NCBI GenBank assembly: GCA_051294905.1
Contig: CM119380.1
Span: 22,878,001 to 22,942,000, forward strand
Length of the DNA: 64,000 nucleotides
Source: Botryllus schlosseri
Lineage: Eukaryota
Reading direction: 5' to 3'
The translations under genes and the position numbers were made by a program. The notes under the pieces were generated by a model that was given only the letters and a program-made list of their open reading frames with translations, did no database searches and had not been told where the DNA came from. Positions 12,001 through 22,500 of this stretch are shown one piece after another; positions within the stretch are counted from its first letter, which is position 1, and every line of letters starts with the position of its first letter.

Positions 12001-15000
12001 GCGTTTGCCGGTGTGATTATCTTTAGAAGAAAAATTTTAAAATATATTTTACTTAATGAAAAAAAATATGCTGATTATTTGTTTATGCTGATTATTTGTT
12101 TCACCATAAATCCCGCCGAAAACACGCACGAAGGAGCTATAATAGTTTGAAGAGGAATGATTTTTCCAAGACGAAGTGAAAAATGAGAAAAATGAATTGA
12201 ACGGGAATCAGAATTAAAGATTTTTTTTGTTGAATATATCAACAAAATACCGAATTGTTGTGTTTTACTGTGAATCCCACCAAAACGTGTGAAGAAGCTG
12301 TAACAGTTCAAGGAGGCGTATCTAAATTTTGTTTCTTTTATTGTATGTGGAAAATAAGGAAAAGTATTCGAACTGGTTTCGTAGTTAAAAGGAAATATAT
12401 TCACAATTCCATTTGTGTGCCTTGGAATCAACTTTTATCAAAATACACCAACCAAAACTCTGTCAACAAAAGGAGTTCGTGTATCACCTCAAAATAGTAC
12501 ATTGAACGCTCTCTCATTCGAAATTTCATGCTGGTGACGTCATATTTTGTGATACGATTGTTGATATACAATGTTCTTTCCAATTCTCTACTAGTTGCTG
12601 ACGATTACCCCTGACGAGTGTCAGCCGAAAATATTCGGGTTCATTTCAATATGAATATAATATTTAATTGGAAATATATTTATGAAATTGATAAAAATAT
12701 ACCGAATCATTACTTTTACTGTAATGTTCATGTTTTTTTAAAGCATTTACGGAAAGTCTACGAGGACCACCTGGAAGACCCGACGGCGCCAACGTGGGTC
12801 AACGACTCCCACTGGGTGCCGCACCCAGTGACCGCCGCGGCGGCTCCCAAAAAGAGCAGGAGCAGGCGGGGCCGGAGGAAAGATGACGTCGCCGAGCCCC
12901 ACAAGACGGGCTCGGCGAGAACGGAAGGTGGGTAAACGGTGGTCACTCTCCGACTGTGGCTCTCTAATGGTACAGCGATTTTTTTTGCCACAAAAAAACA
13001 AGATTTTGTCCTAAAAAATCAAAATTTTGACATTTTTCGACCTTCCAAATATAAATTGCGACCAAATTTAACCTAACGTATGCAAATTAGGTGTTTTCCC
13101 ACGTAATGCTAAAATTTTACTACTTATTTTCATTTCTGGTTGGTACTGTCTGTCCTTAACAAAGCAGTTTGGCCCGAAAAAAAAACTTTGTGCCTCGAAA
13201 ACTGACAAATTCTTACATGAAAAAATTTTTAACGAAATTTGGCCCTGTGGAGAATTTCAGCAGTTGCATTCCTCATTATGGTAGAAATTTTTTTATTTTT
13301 AATTGTAGTACAACGAAATGTCTACGATACAAACGAAATGCAGGTTGCAAAAAAGTTCTAACTTTGTAAACAATTTTGACATTTTTTGACCCGACACTTC
13401 AATTTTGACTATTTTGACATTAAAAAAAAATCGCCCTACATGTGAGTCCGCCGAGTATATTACAATTTTCTATCTTTTGAATATTATAAGTTTACCAAAA
13501 ATTAGTATCCTATATTATTGTATCACACAGAATAAAATACAAACCTAAACCGTCATGCATGCTTATTAGGGCTGTTCAAAAATAACTTTTTTTCCTGAAT
13601 CTTGCTGGTTACTTGATTAAATCGTTAGGTTGCCTTAAAAAACGACGCATACCAAATTTGAATTCATTCCGACAAATATTCGCGGGTTACGTAGAGTTTG
13701 AAAATTTTGGATTTGGCCAAAAACGCAAAAAAAAAATTTTCTCAAATTTTTTTGCCAACCCCATGAAATTGTTGGGCTGTCTTCAAAAACTATGCAAAAC
13801 AAATTTGACTCAATTCCAAGCTGTAGAACCGGAGTTATTTATGTTTTTATTCGATAATTCTGGGATTATCCTTGATTGGTGGATAATCCAAGAATTATCA
13901 CCGAAAAACTGGAATAACTCCGCTTCTACGGCTTGGAATTGAGTCAAATTTGTTTTGCATAGTTTTTGAAGACAGCCCAACAATTTCATGGGGTTGGCAA
14001 AAAAATTTGAGAAAAATTTTTTTTTGCGTTTTTGGCCAAATCCAAAATTTTCAAACTCTACGTAACCCGCGAATATTTGTCGGAATGAATTCAAATTTGG
14101 TATGCGTCGTTTTTTAAGGCAACCAACGATTTAATCAAGTAACCAGCAAGATTCAGGAAAAAAAGTTATTTTTGAACAGCCCTAATGCTTATACATCGCT
14201 GTGTGATGTATTTCATGAACTTTTTAGATTGCTTTTCCCTGCATTAGCTGTAGTGAATGTCTGTTTCTTTTGTTTTGTTTCAGTTGCTGTGATGAGAGTA
14301 TTTCGTAGCTAACTGTAGATATTGGATTAGTTCTACCAGAACCAGTGTCTATTTGCTCACTTTCATGGGTACTTGATTAGCGCCGTTTCAATCTTCAGTG
14401 TTTTGCTTCTTGGATGTACAGAACTTCAATATACAATTGAATATTATATTCATATTGAAATGAATCCGAATACTTTCGGCTGACGCTCGTCAGGGGCAAT
14501 CGTCAGTAGCTAGTAGAGAATCGGAAAGGACATCGTATATCAACAATCCATCTTCTCCACCACAGGTTACTACAAGCTCGAACAGGGCATCAAGCTGACG
14601 CAGCGGCGGGAAATGTACGGCCAGAAAGACGGGCAGTCGTCCAAGTCGCTGCAGATGGCCAAGAGCGTCACGGGCAACGGACCCGAGCCTGGGGCTGGAT
14701 GCTCCGCCGACAAGAGCCTCGGTACTCGCGAGACCAGGCACTTCATGCGGAGGATAGCGGCCGAAGTCGGCGCCGACATGGGTGACCTCTTCAAGTACAA
14801 TCAGCTCATGGTGAGATGCGGGGCGCTTATTCTTTGTTGGTCACCACTGAATTCGTCACTCGATAAATTTGTCACTAGACATGTAATTTAAAAATTATTA
14901 TTATGAATGCGATGCATCAATATCGTATTGATAAATTATGAAATGAATGTTTCATTCAATATAAGCGGGAATTGTGATATACGACGATGTATGAATTAGG

Positions 15001-17518
15001 CGCTTTGTAAATGTGGCATTGAAGCTTATTTAGCAGGGTTGTAATGACTCGACTTGACTCGAGTCGTTTCGTTAAATGCGTAAAGTGACTCGACTCGAGT
15101 CAATTTTTGTATGCACTCGAGTGGTTGTGCGGGACTCAAACCAAGTCATATGGCTCGAGACTGGCGGCTGAGACGGACATTTCGTTGTGCCTTCGAAGAA
15201 TAGTAAAGTTACCACGTTGTTGGTATTTCGTCTATCAGTCCTGATACTTGGAAAATAGGGCCAGAAACTGTTTAAACCGGGGGAAATTATTACTATATTA
15301 TGAATGCGAGCCATTCTGTAGCACCCGAGCAGAGTTGAAAAGGTTAGTTGAACTGGATTGGACTGAAAACTGAGCAGTGAACATGATGACTTGTACTCAA
15401 GTCAAAACACAATGACGCATTATTGTCAGGGACCGTATAATCTCTCTTACTCGACTCATTGTGTCAAGCCCTACCTATTAGCACCTAAAAGTATGCGACC
15501 CTCGACCTAATCCACCTTTTGAAACTACTTTAGTTCTTTTCGTAACTTGGATTTGTGTTTCGGAAATGACTACTTTCGCTTGTAACCCTCTTTGGCGTGC
15601 CGGGCTCGATTTGGATGTTTTCCTTCCGCGACAGTTTCGCAAGAAGGCCGTGAAATTCAAGCGCAGCAGCATCCACGGCTGGGGCCTGTTCGCCGAGGAG
15701 GCCATCGGCGCCGACGAGATGGTCATCGAGTACGTGGGCCAGGTGGTGCGGACGCTCATCGCCGAGCGGCGGGAAGTCAACTACACGGAACTGGGGATCG
15801 GCAGCTCGTACCTGTTTCGCATCGACACGGAGCACATCATCGACGCGACGAAATGCGGCAACTACGCGCGCTTCATGAATCATTCTTGCAACGTGAGCGT
15901 CATGCTTTCCGTTTCATTTTTTCTCATTTATTTATATAATATTTTTTTGCAATATATTATTTTCTATATTTGTTAAACAACGCCCATAAACTACCCGAAT
16001 CTTGTGTTCGAGTCTTTGGGACGGTGTCCCGAACCCGCAAACTTTCGTCCCTGTCCGTGAGATATAACCTGCGTGAATGTGTCGGCGATTGGTAGAATAG
16101 GCAGACGATGTATATCATGTGCAGAGGTGGTTACACTAGGTGTCGTTGGTACTGAAGTAGAAATAACGACGGAAAACTGTAGTAGAAGTAGTCCAAAGCC
16201 ATACCCACGTAAGGAAGTAGTACGAGTATCAATAGCTCCTCGAGAGCTCTGCAAATGTAGAAGCACTTCTCTACTGACCACTAGTGATCTGATCTGATCG
16301 CCATTGGTACTCGATAGGGTCCATCAAACCACTAGGTGTCGCCAGACTTTTGGTGGTAAACGCCATTGTTACGTACGCGGTTGCCGTTATCAGGAACTTG
16401 TAGGTTACTTTCTCGATTGTGTAAGGGTATTTTATATGGAAATAACGGCTACAACATATTCTACGTAGACCGTGAGCTCGCTATAAAATGAACTAAAACT
16501 TTGGAAAGCTTCTACGGAAGGAAATAAGGCCGATTTGATAACTAGGTGAGAATGTGAAATTGTCAACTAAATTTCGGCTGCCAGCTCAGCACCAGAAGTT
16601 TTCGAAGTTTTAGTTCATTTTATAGCAAGCTCACGGTCCACGTAGAATATGTTGTAGCCATTATTTCCATATAAAATACTCTTACACAATCGAGAAAGTA
16701 ACCTACAAGTTTCTGATAACGGCAACCGCGTACGTAACAATGGCGGTTACCACCAAAAGTCTGGCGACACCTAGTGGTTTGATGGACCCTATTGGAAGTA
16801 CGAAGTGATGTCATAAATTATTACTCGAGTACAAGTAATAGTGATTTGCGGGTAAGAACTAGTTTTTCCAGGCCTAGTTTTGCCTGGAAAACTAAAACCA
16901 ACTAGAAGTAGAGTAGGCACCTCTGGGGTTATATCCAACTCCGAATACTTGGACAGTACGTCCTCATCCTTCTCCGCTATGTCTTGGTAGATCCGTGATG
17001 ACATAGATAAAGATAACAAGTCAGTCCTAAATTATAGTTTTAGTCCTAAACCTCTTTGCTTACAATTGAATAGTATATTCATATTGAAATGAACCCGAAT
17101 ATTTTCGGCTGACACTCGTCATGGGTAACCGTTAGCAACTAGTAGATGATTGTAACGAACGTTGTCGTTGTGTATCAAGAATAGTATCCCTAAATACTTG
17201 CTTGTTGCCGACGATTACCCCTGACGAGTGTCGGCCGAAAATATTCGGGTTCATTTCAATATGAATAAGCCGTGCAGGTGTAAATTGAAGTCCTGCGTCT
17301 CCAGGAAGCTCATTTTGCTAACCGTCGGCTCCTTATTCTCACAGCCTAGCTGCTACGCGAAAGTGATCACCGTCGACACGGCGAAAAAGATCGTGATCTA
17401 CTCGAAGGGCCCGATCGCAAAGTCCCAGGAGATCACGTACGACTACAAGTTTCCGCTGGAAGACGACAAGGTCATGTGCTACTGCGGGGCCGAGAACTGC
17501 CGACGGACGCTGAACTGA
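1..17518 (+). CDS. SETD1: Histone-lysine N-methyltransferase SETD1A/B (Set1) homolog, 5'-partial, multi-exon
   Basis: Phase-consistent exons: <1-746, 2245-2365, 2987-3144, 3207-3259, 4186-4475, 5510-5891, 6553-6684, 7572-7732, 8180-8307, 8369-8552, 9401-9855, 11132-11240, 11797-11982, 12744-12927, 14566-14810, 15635-15892, 17345-17518 (TGA). Set1 motifs seen: [42 protein letters not shown] ([21 protein letters not shown]), WIN motif GSARTEGYY, SET domain ([47 protein letters not shown]) and post-SET ([26 protein letters not shown]). Low-complexity internal exons are less certain than the SET exons. Confidence 0.95.
843..1221. mobile_element. Imperfect foldback element / MITE in a SETD1 intron
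   Basis: The left end aattggtagtcctatactggcgacc matches the reverse complement of the right end ggtcgccagctatagcactaccaatt. Internal arms (ctgattctgaaaata / tattttcagaatcag; accctgaaac / gtttcagggt) are also complementary. Confidence 0.65.
1737..2153. mobile_element. hAT-like MITE, family rich in GACTCGAGTC subterminal repeats
   Basis: Termini CAGGGTTG...CAACCCTG. Related copies or fragments lie at about 5935-6370, 8612-8680, 15034-15455 and 17957-18616. Confidence 0.75.
3745..4160. repeat. Dispersed repeat with many TACTT/AGTA motifs (probable non-autonomous DNA transposon)
   Basis: Shares cagagg..aagtacttctactt and gtaactgagtagaaattt-type motifs with about 4598-4640, 16120-16270, 16790-16920 and 42024-42450. 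Confidence 0.5.
10061..10560. mobile_element. hAT-like MITE with a perfect 8-bp TSD
   Basis: TIR TAGGGCAAG...CTTGCCCTA, flanked on both sides by ATTATTAC (10053-10060, 10561-10568). A related copy lies at about 22530-23290. Confidence 0.85.
10779..11085 (+). mobile_element. tRNA-derived SINE, family 1 (Meta-domain-like core)
   Basis: A-box-like TAGCGTAATGG and B-box-like GGTTCCATTCCC, followed by GGGTCAGACCAAAGAC. The body is shared with a 5'-truncated copy at about 35790-35985. Confidence 0.75.
11300..11760. repeat. Dispersed repeat (MITE-like) shared with about 38090-38528
   Basis: Both copies share gtcataacag..cacaaagaatataat..ttggtattttcgaccatg..tcgaaactat..tactcga..actcgaatca. Confidence 0.65.
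12495..12657 (+). repeat. ~170-bp dispersed repeat carrying a minimal hammerhead-like motif
   Basis: Near-identical to 49309-49480 (+). Partial copies lie at about 14445-14548 (-), 17070-17140 (-) and 17205-17265 (+). Confidence 0.8.
13567..14184. mobile_element. Near-perfect 618-bp palindromic hAT-like MITE with an 8-bp TSD
   Basis: TAGGGCTGTTCAAAAATAAC...GTTATTTTTGAACAGCCCTA. The arms are complementary almost to a 9-nt central loop (13872-13880). ATGCTTAT is duplicated at 13559-13566 and 14185-14192. Confidence 0.92.
16315..16791. mobile_element. Foldback element / MITE with ~190-bp inverted arms
   Basis: TAGGGTCCATCAAACCACTAGGTGTCGCCAGAC... is mirrored by ...GTCTGGCGACACCTAGTGGTTTGATGGACCCTA. 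No 8-bp TSD was found; a TA duplication is possible. Confidence 0.85.
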
Positions 17519-17956
17519 CGCCGCTCCGTTTACCCAATTCTTTTTCTTCATTAGATTACTGAATTCTTGTTTATTTTCAAATTATGACAGGTTTTTTGTA
17601 TCGACTTTTTTGAGATAAAAAAGATGTTCCTCCTAAGAAAGCATTCGGTGTTGGTGTTTCGTCGCGTGTGTCGGGTCCGGTAGTTGAGGCAGTGGTTCTT
17701 GACGTGGCTTACCACTACGCTTATCTGCAAGCAAATATGAACTGCGCAACAACACTATTGTAATAACCGTTAAACATGATTCTCACTGAAAACATTCAAT
17801 ATCTACTGCTAGTCGCGTGAATTCCTATATTTCCTTCGGGAAAGTAGTTCGTTAATACCAGACTTCACCTTCGTGAGTGACGCGGAATAGGGTGATACGA
17901 ATTGGTTAATTGCAAACGAGCTAATGACTTGAGATGGAATTGGCATATCGAAAAAC

Positions 17957-18616
17957 CAGGGTTGTGATGACTCGACTCGAGTCACGATTTTCCGATGACT
18001 CGAGTTATTTTCTCAAAATATAGAAATGACTCGAATCAATTTGTGTATTGACTCGACTTGGACTCGAGTCATTGGGCATTACTTGGAGCAAGTCATATGA
18101 CTCGAGTCTCAGACAGCCAAGACCGACATTTCGAAGAATAGTCAACTAACCATGACGCTGTTGGTATTTCGCCTATTGGTAGAGGTAATTGTAAATGCGA
18201 GAGAGAGAGAGAGAGTCTTGATTTTAATCAAACCAAAATACATAACACACGGCAGTGGTGGTGGTACAGAAAATATGCATGCACAGTATTCGGTATTAGA
18301 TAGGAATGATCGATAAGACCGTGAAGGTCATCTAGTCTGATCACACCAGCATCAAACAGGTACACTTGAACCATTCGATATCACCAAAGATAGTTATAAA
18401 AAGTGGTTTTAACAAGACTTCAACTCGAAACCGAGCAGTCAAGGCAATGACTTGGACTCTGGTCATAATACCATGACTCGGACTCGACCCTCTGTTCGCT
18501 GACTTGGACTCGGACTTGACTCGGTGGCGAACTAAAAACGACTCGAGTCAAAGCTATAGAAGTGAGATTGACTTGTGACTCGGAGCCTTTGTGACTTGGT
18601 TACAACTACAACCCTG
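17957..18616. mobile_element. hAT-like MITE (GACTCGAGTC family) containing a nested retroelement 3' end
   Basis: Termini CAGGGTTG...CAACCCTG. Flanks CGAAAAAC / CAAAAAAC match at 7/8 positions (TSD). An insert at about 18200-18370 is absent from the 1737-2153 copy. Confidence 0.75.
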
Positions 18617-19572
18617 CAAAAAACATGGTTACTACAATGGTGATAATTGAATTACTGATCGCGCCTATTTCCCTGCATCCAATGATAGCAATGACATCAC
18701 GAATCCCATGAGCCTGATAACTATGTCTTGTCCTCCGACGAATCCCTGGAGTTCGTGTGAGCTGTTGCGTTGCGTTGTTGTTTGTGTCAAGCCTATTCAT
18801 GGTGTTTCTACAATCGCCATTTACGATAGGCCGGTATTCTTTAAAGCATTGCCTTTTATTATTGCAAGCCATGTTGCATTCTGTCTAGCCTTGAGTTACT
18901 ATTAAAATAATGGAGCATTCCACTCGGATCTACTATATATCTTCTGCAATGTCAGAGTAGGCGAGATACGTTACAATGTAAAGGCGTTCAACAGCACCAC
19001 AATCATAAATTAAGTCGGAGTAGGGCGCGGTGAGTCCGAATGACTTTGGGATGCCAAAGATCTCGCTGAGGAAAACATAGCTTCAGGAATCATATCAAGA
19101 CCAGCGGTAGTCGAAGCATAGTCAGCATTGCTTCTCACGTGTAAATGGCCCTAAAATGAGCAAAGAAAGTCGCCGTTTATTGGCGACCCATGCACTAGAA
19201 CAGTAGTTCAGATCAAAATACACTAGATTTAATGTAATAACAGTAACACCGCGTCCTCAACCGACATGACTGTATCTGCAATCTGCATGAAATACGTTGC
19301 CCATCTGTGAAACAGCAGCCAGCAGTGACAAATGATCACTATGAAATTACGGTCCGACGTGCTCGTTCAAACGTTACTTGTGTTTCGCATGACACAACCT
19401 TTATTGCTAATGACGAAATGGACACCAATTTCATCGATTAGCTGTCGTTGTCCCATGAGATCCGAATAAAAGAAATTCCGTATATATAAAGTCAAAATAC
19501 GAACCTGATTTCTTGCATTAGATCTCTCGCCGAATCTGGCTTTGGTACGGACGATAATCAGAAGGAAAAGAT

Positions 19573-22500
19573 ATGCTTAGTTTGAGTTGTGTCTTCATTC
19601 AAATTATCGTGGCAACGCTTGGAGCTTCTTATCAAGCCTTACCAAGTAAATATCAGGTGAGATATACCATGCCTAATTTTAACTATTTCGGTTGCGCTTT
19701 TGAGATTGTTAGTTCTCCCATTTCAAGATCTATAACATTGCTACAGTGTGTGGCGATGAGACGAAATATCCACATTTTGAAACATGGGCGAAAATCTCCT
19801 ATCGGGATCAGTCTGATCTTAAGGTTTCGCGCCAAACCGTTCATATATTCGGCATGAACAGATTGCACAGTGCACAGTCTGCACACTGCGCACCTTATCA
19901 ATTTGGATATTAGCGATCGAAACCAATATGCTAGCAGATATCTAATATTCTTCCGTCACAATTATTTGCTTGTCCAGTCCATTTCATCTCATTGTCGCTG
20001 TTATTGCTATTGGCCATCATGCCGGCAATTTAAACGTTATTCATGATCGATTCAAGATCAAAATCAATCCACTTATCCGCGACTTGTCAAATTGAAAAAA
20101 AAATGAGGAATGTTATATACCTCGAAACGTAACCTATATTGCAGTGGTTCTCAATCTTTTTGTCTTCGCATACAACATTTTGGGCCGTCACGGACCTATG
20201 CGGACTCCTCTAGTTTTAATTCAAATTTAGCTCAATTATCGTACAACCGTCATCTGTCTTGTGCAAATATTAACCGTAGGCTAGTTATAAACAGGAGGTA
20301 CACTTTGAATATTGAATTCTACCTACGGTTTACGGTTTCGTGTCTTGAAAATCCGCGCCTTTTGCTAACGAGAGCCGAAAATCCATTTCCACAAAGATAG
20401 GTCATGGCGAATGTGATAATAACGCGTATACGCTTCCGACGACATATTTGGGTATATGATTGCAACAAATATATATGGCACCAAAATTGAGAAACAGCCT
20501 GGTCATTTCGGTCCAGCAGCTCATCTTGAAGTTATTATATAGATCGAGTGTATAATCACAGGAGAAAATGGATTTTTGTAAAGTCACCGCAATTGACCTT
20601 AATTATCCAACTTTCTATTTTTCCACAATCCCCAACAAAGCATGTCTATAAACAGCAATATGTTAGTATCAGTAGGCCATTAGCAATTCAATTAGCACAG
20701 TACAATATTTCATCTCAGACGACCCTTCTGTTGATGTGAGTCCTGGAGTTTATTTACTAGTAATGAAGCGAAATTGCCGAATGATTTCCCTAATTTAAAA
20801 AATGTAAAATTAGGTTATTGTAAATATGGAGGTTTTGCGGACATGCTGGCATGCGCAGGTGTGGTATTTCAATATTCAAATTCATCACCTTCTCGCATAC
20901 AGGCATGGTAGGCTACTTAGAATTAACAATGCGATGTCATAATTATAGTTTTGCGTTCGTGTTCACAAATAATTTTGTTAAAAGTTGGTCTGTATGTCAG
21001 GGACGGGCAACATACGGCCCGCGACGGGATTTTGACAGGCCCGTAGAGAATTTCTACCCTGAAAGCGAAATTCTATTCTGAAAATATTGACAAATTTTAT
21101 GCGCCACAAAATGAATCCAAGTTCGCTAACCTGAGGAAGATGGACATGAAACTATATATACTTGCTCTGTTCGGGTGTACACTGACACTGTACATATATT
21201 TTCGACCATGAACATTAACGAGATAAGGCTGCGTTACAATGTAACTGATGTTCACATGCAGTCTTTACTAATGGTTTCTACATATCGCATGTAGGCCTAG
21301 CCATAGTCTAAAGAACTTGTTGACAACTTTTACTGACCAGAGATGTCTGAATGACTTCAACAGCTACTGTTAATAAATTCAATAAATACAGTTTTTGGTC
21401 TTTAAAGTTTACATTAAATAAGCGATTAATGTATATATTCTGTAATCGGGCCCGGCAAGAGCTTCATTTTCCCATATCCGGGCCGCGGACTGGATAAGTT
21501 GCCCACCCCTGCTGTATGCGAACTCTACTTTCCATAGGTTGACGGAAACGCCAAAGACTATACCTCATTTGTCTCGATCTACCAAATTAACAGTAACGTT
21601 TAATTAGGCTTCATTTAGGCTCGCGTGGCTTGGAGCCGTCACCACATATGAAATACACACGATACAATGGAATCACAATTCATGAAATAGGCATGGGTAA
21701 CTGCATTGTGAGTCCGATGAAAAAAGTAGGACATTACATATGGAAGAATTGTACAATGTTCAAATCGTAGACGACAAAAATCAACTCCGTCTGTGTCGTC
21801 AACGTCATCATGTCAATCGAAGAAATGATCTATCCAGTATCCAGCACAATATTCCCAATGTGATTCAAACAGCCAAATATGTTATACCTTGGACTCGCCC
21901 CGTATACGATCTGCGGGTCTATTATCGTACCCGAGACCCAAAGATGATCTGGTGTTTAATTAGGAACCGGAGGCAATAATCCGGGCTCGTACGCACCATC
22001 ATTACATTACTCTTTATAGGCCCAGTTATTGCATATTTAAATATTAAAATTCCAGTAACATTCTAAGATTCAAGAATACCACCACAGTGGGATACCGTGC
22101 TATATATGCTCCATTATAACAGTGAACACACGTAGGCGGTTTGCTGCAGGCACACCCCATTACGCTCATCGAATCCTTATGTGTAGTGAAATTAATCGGC
22201 TTGTTCTCAAATACGATTAGCGATTACATTAAAATGTATTCAATTATTTAGTAACCCTGAAACATGCAACGAACTGTTGCGGATGACATTATACCAGCGC
22301 TGTTCAAGTAACCATGAACCTCTGCATCGTGCGTATACTCGAAATGATTCAATGATCATCTATCTTGTGGCCACGAAATAAATGATTAAAATCCCAATCC
22401 TCAAGGGGGGTAATCCAATGATTCAATAACATATGTTGAAGTCTGATTGCTTCTGATTCATCGTATTTCAGTTATACTTGCCGATCTTGTCATAATTTAG

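Noticed and set aside
13613-14094. Mirror-image ORFs on both strands (109 aa and 94 aa)
   Set aside because: These are an artefact of the palindromic MITE.
21681-21698. CAT GAA ATA GGC ATG (HEIGM) in hemopexin intron 1, one base from an MMP zinc motif HEIGH
   Set aside because: The upstream context (YNGITI) does not match NLFLVAA, no LGLxH or Met-turn follows, and no convincing exon boundaries were found. It is probably chance, but it is the first place to test for a decayed catalytic exon.
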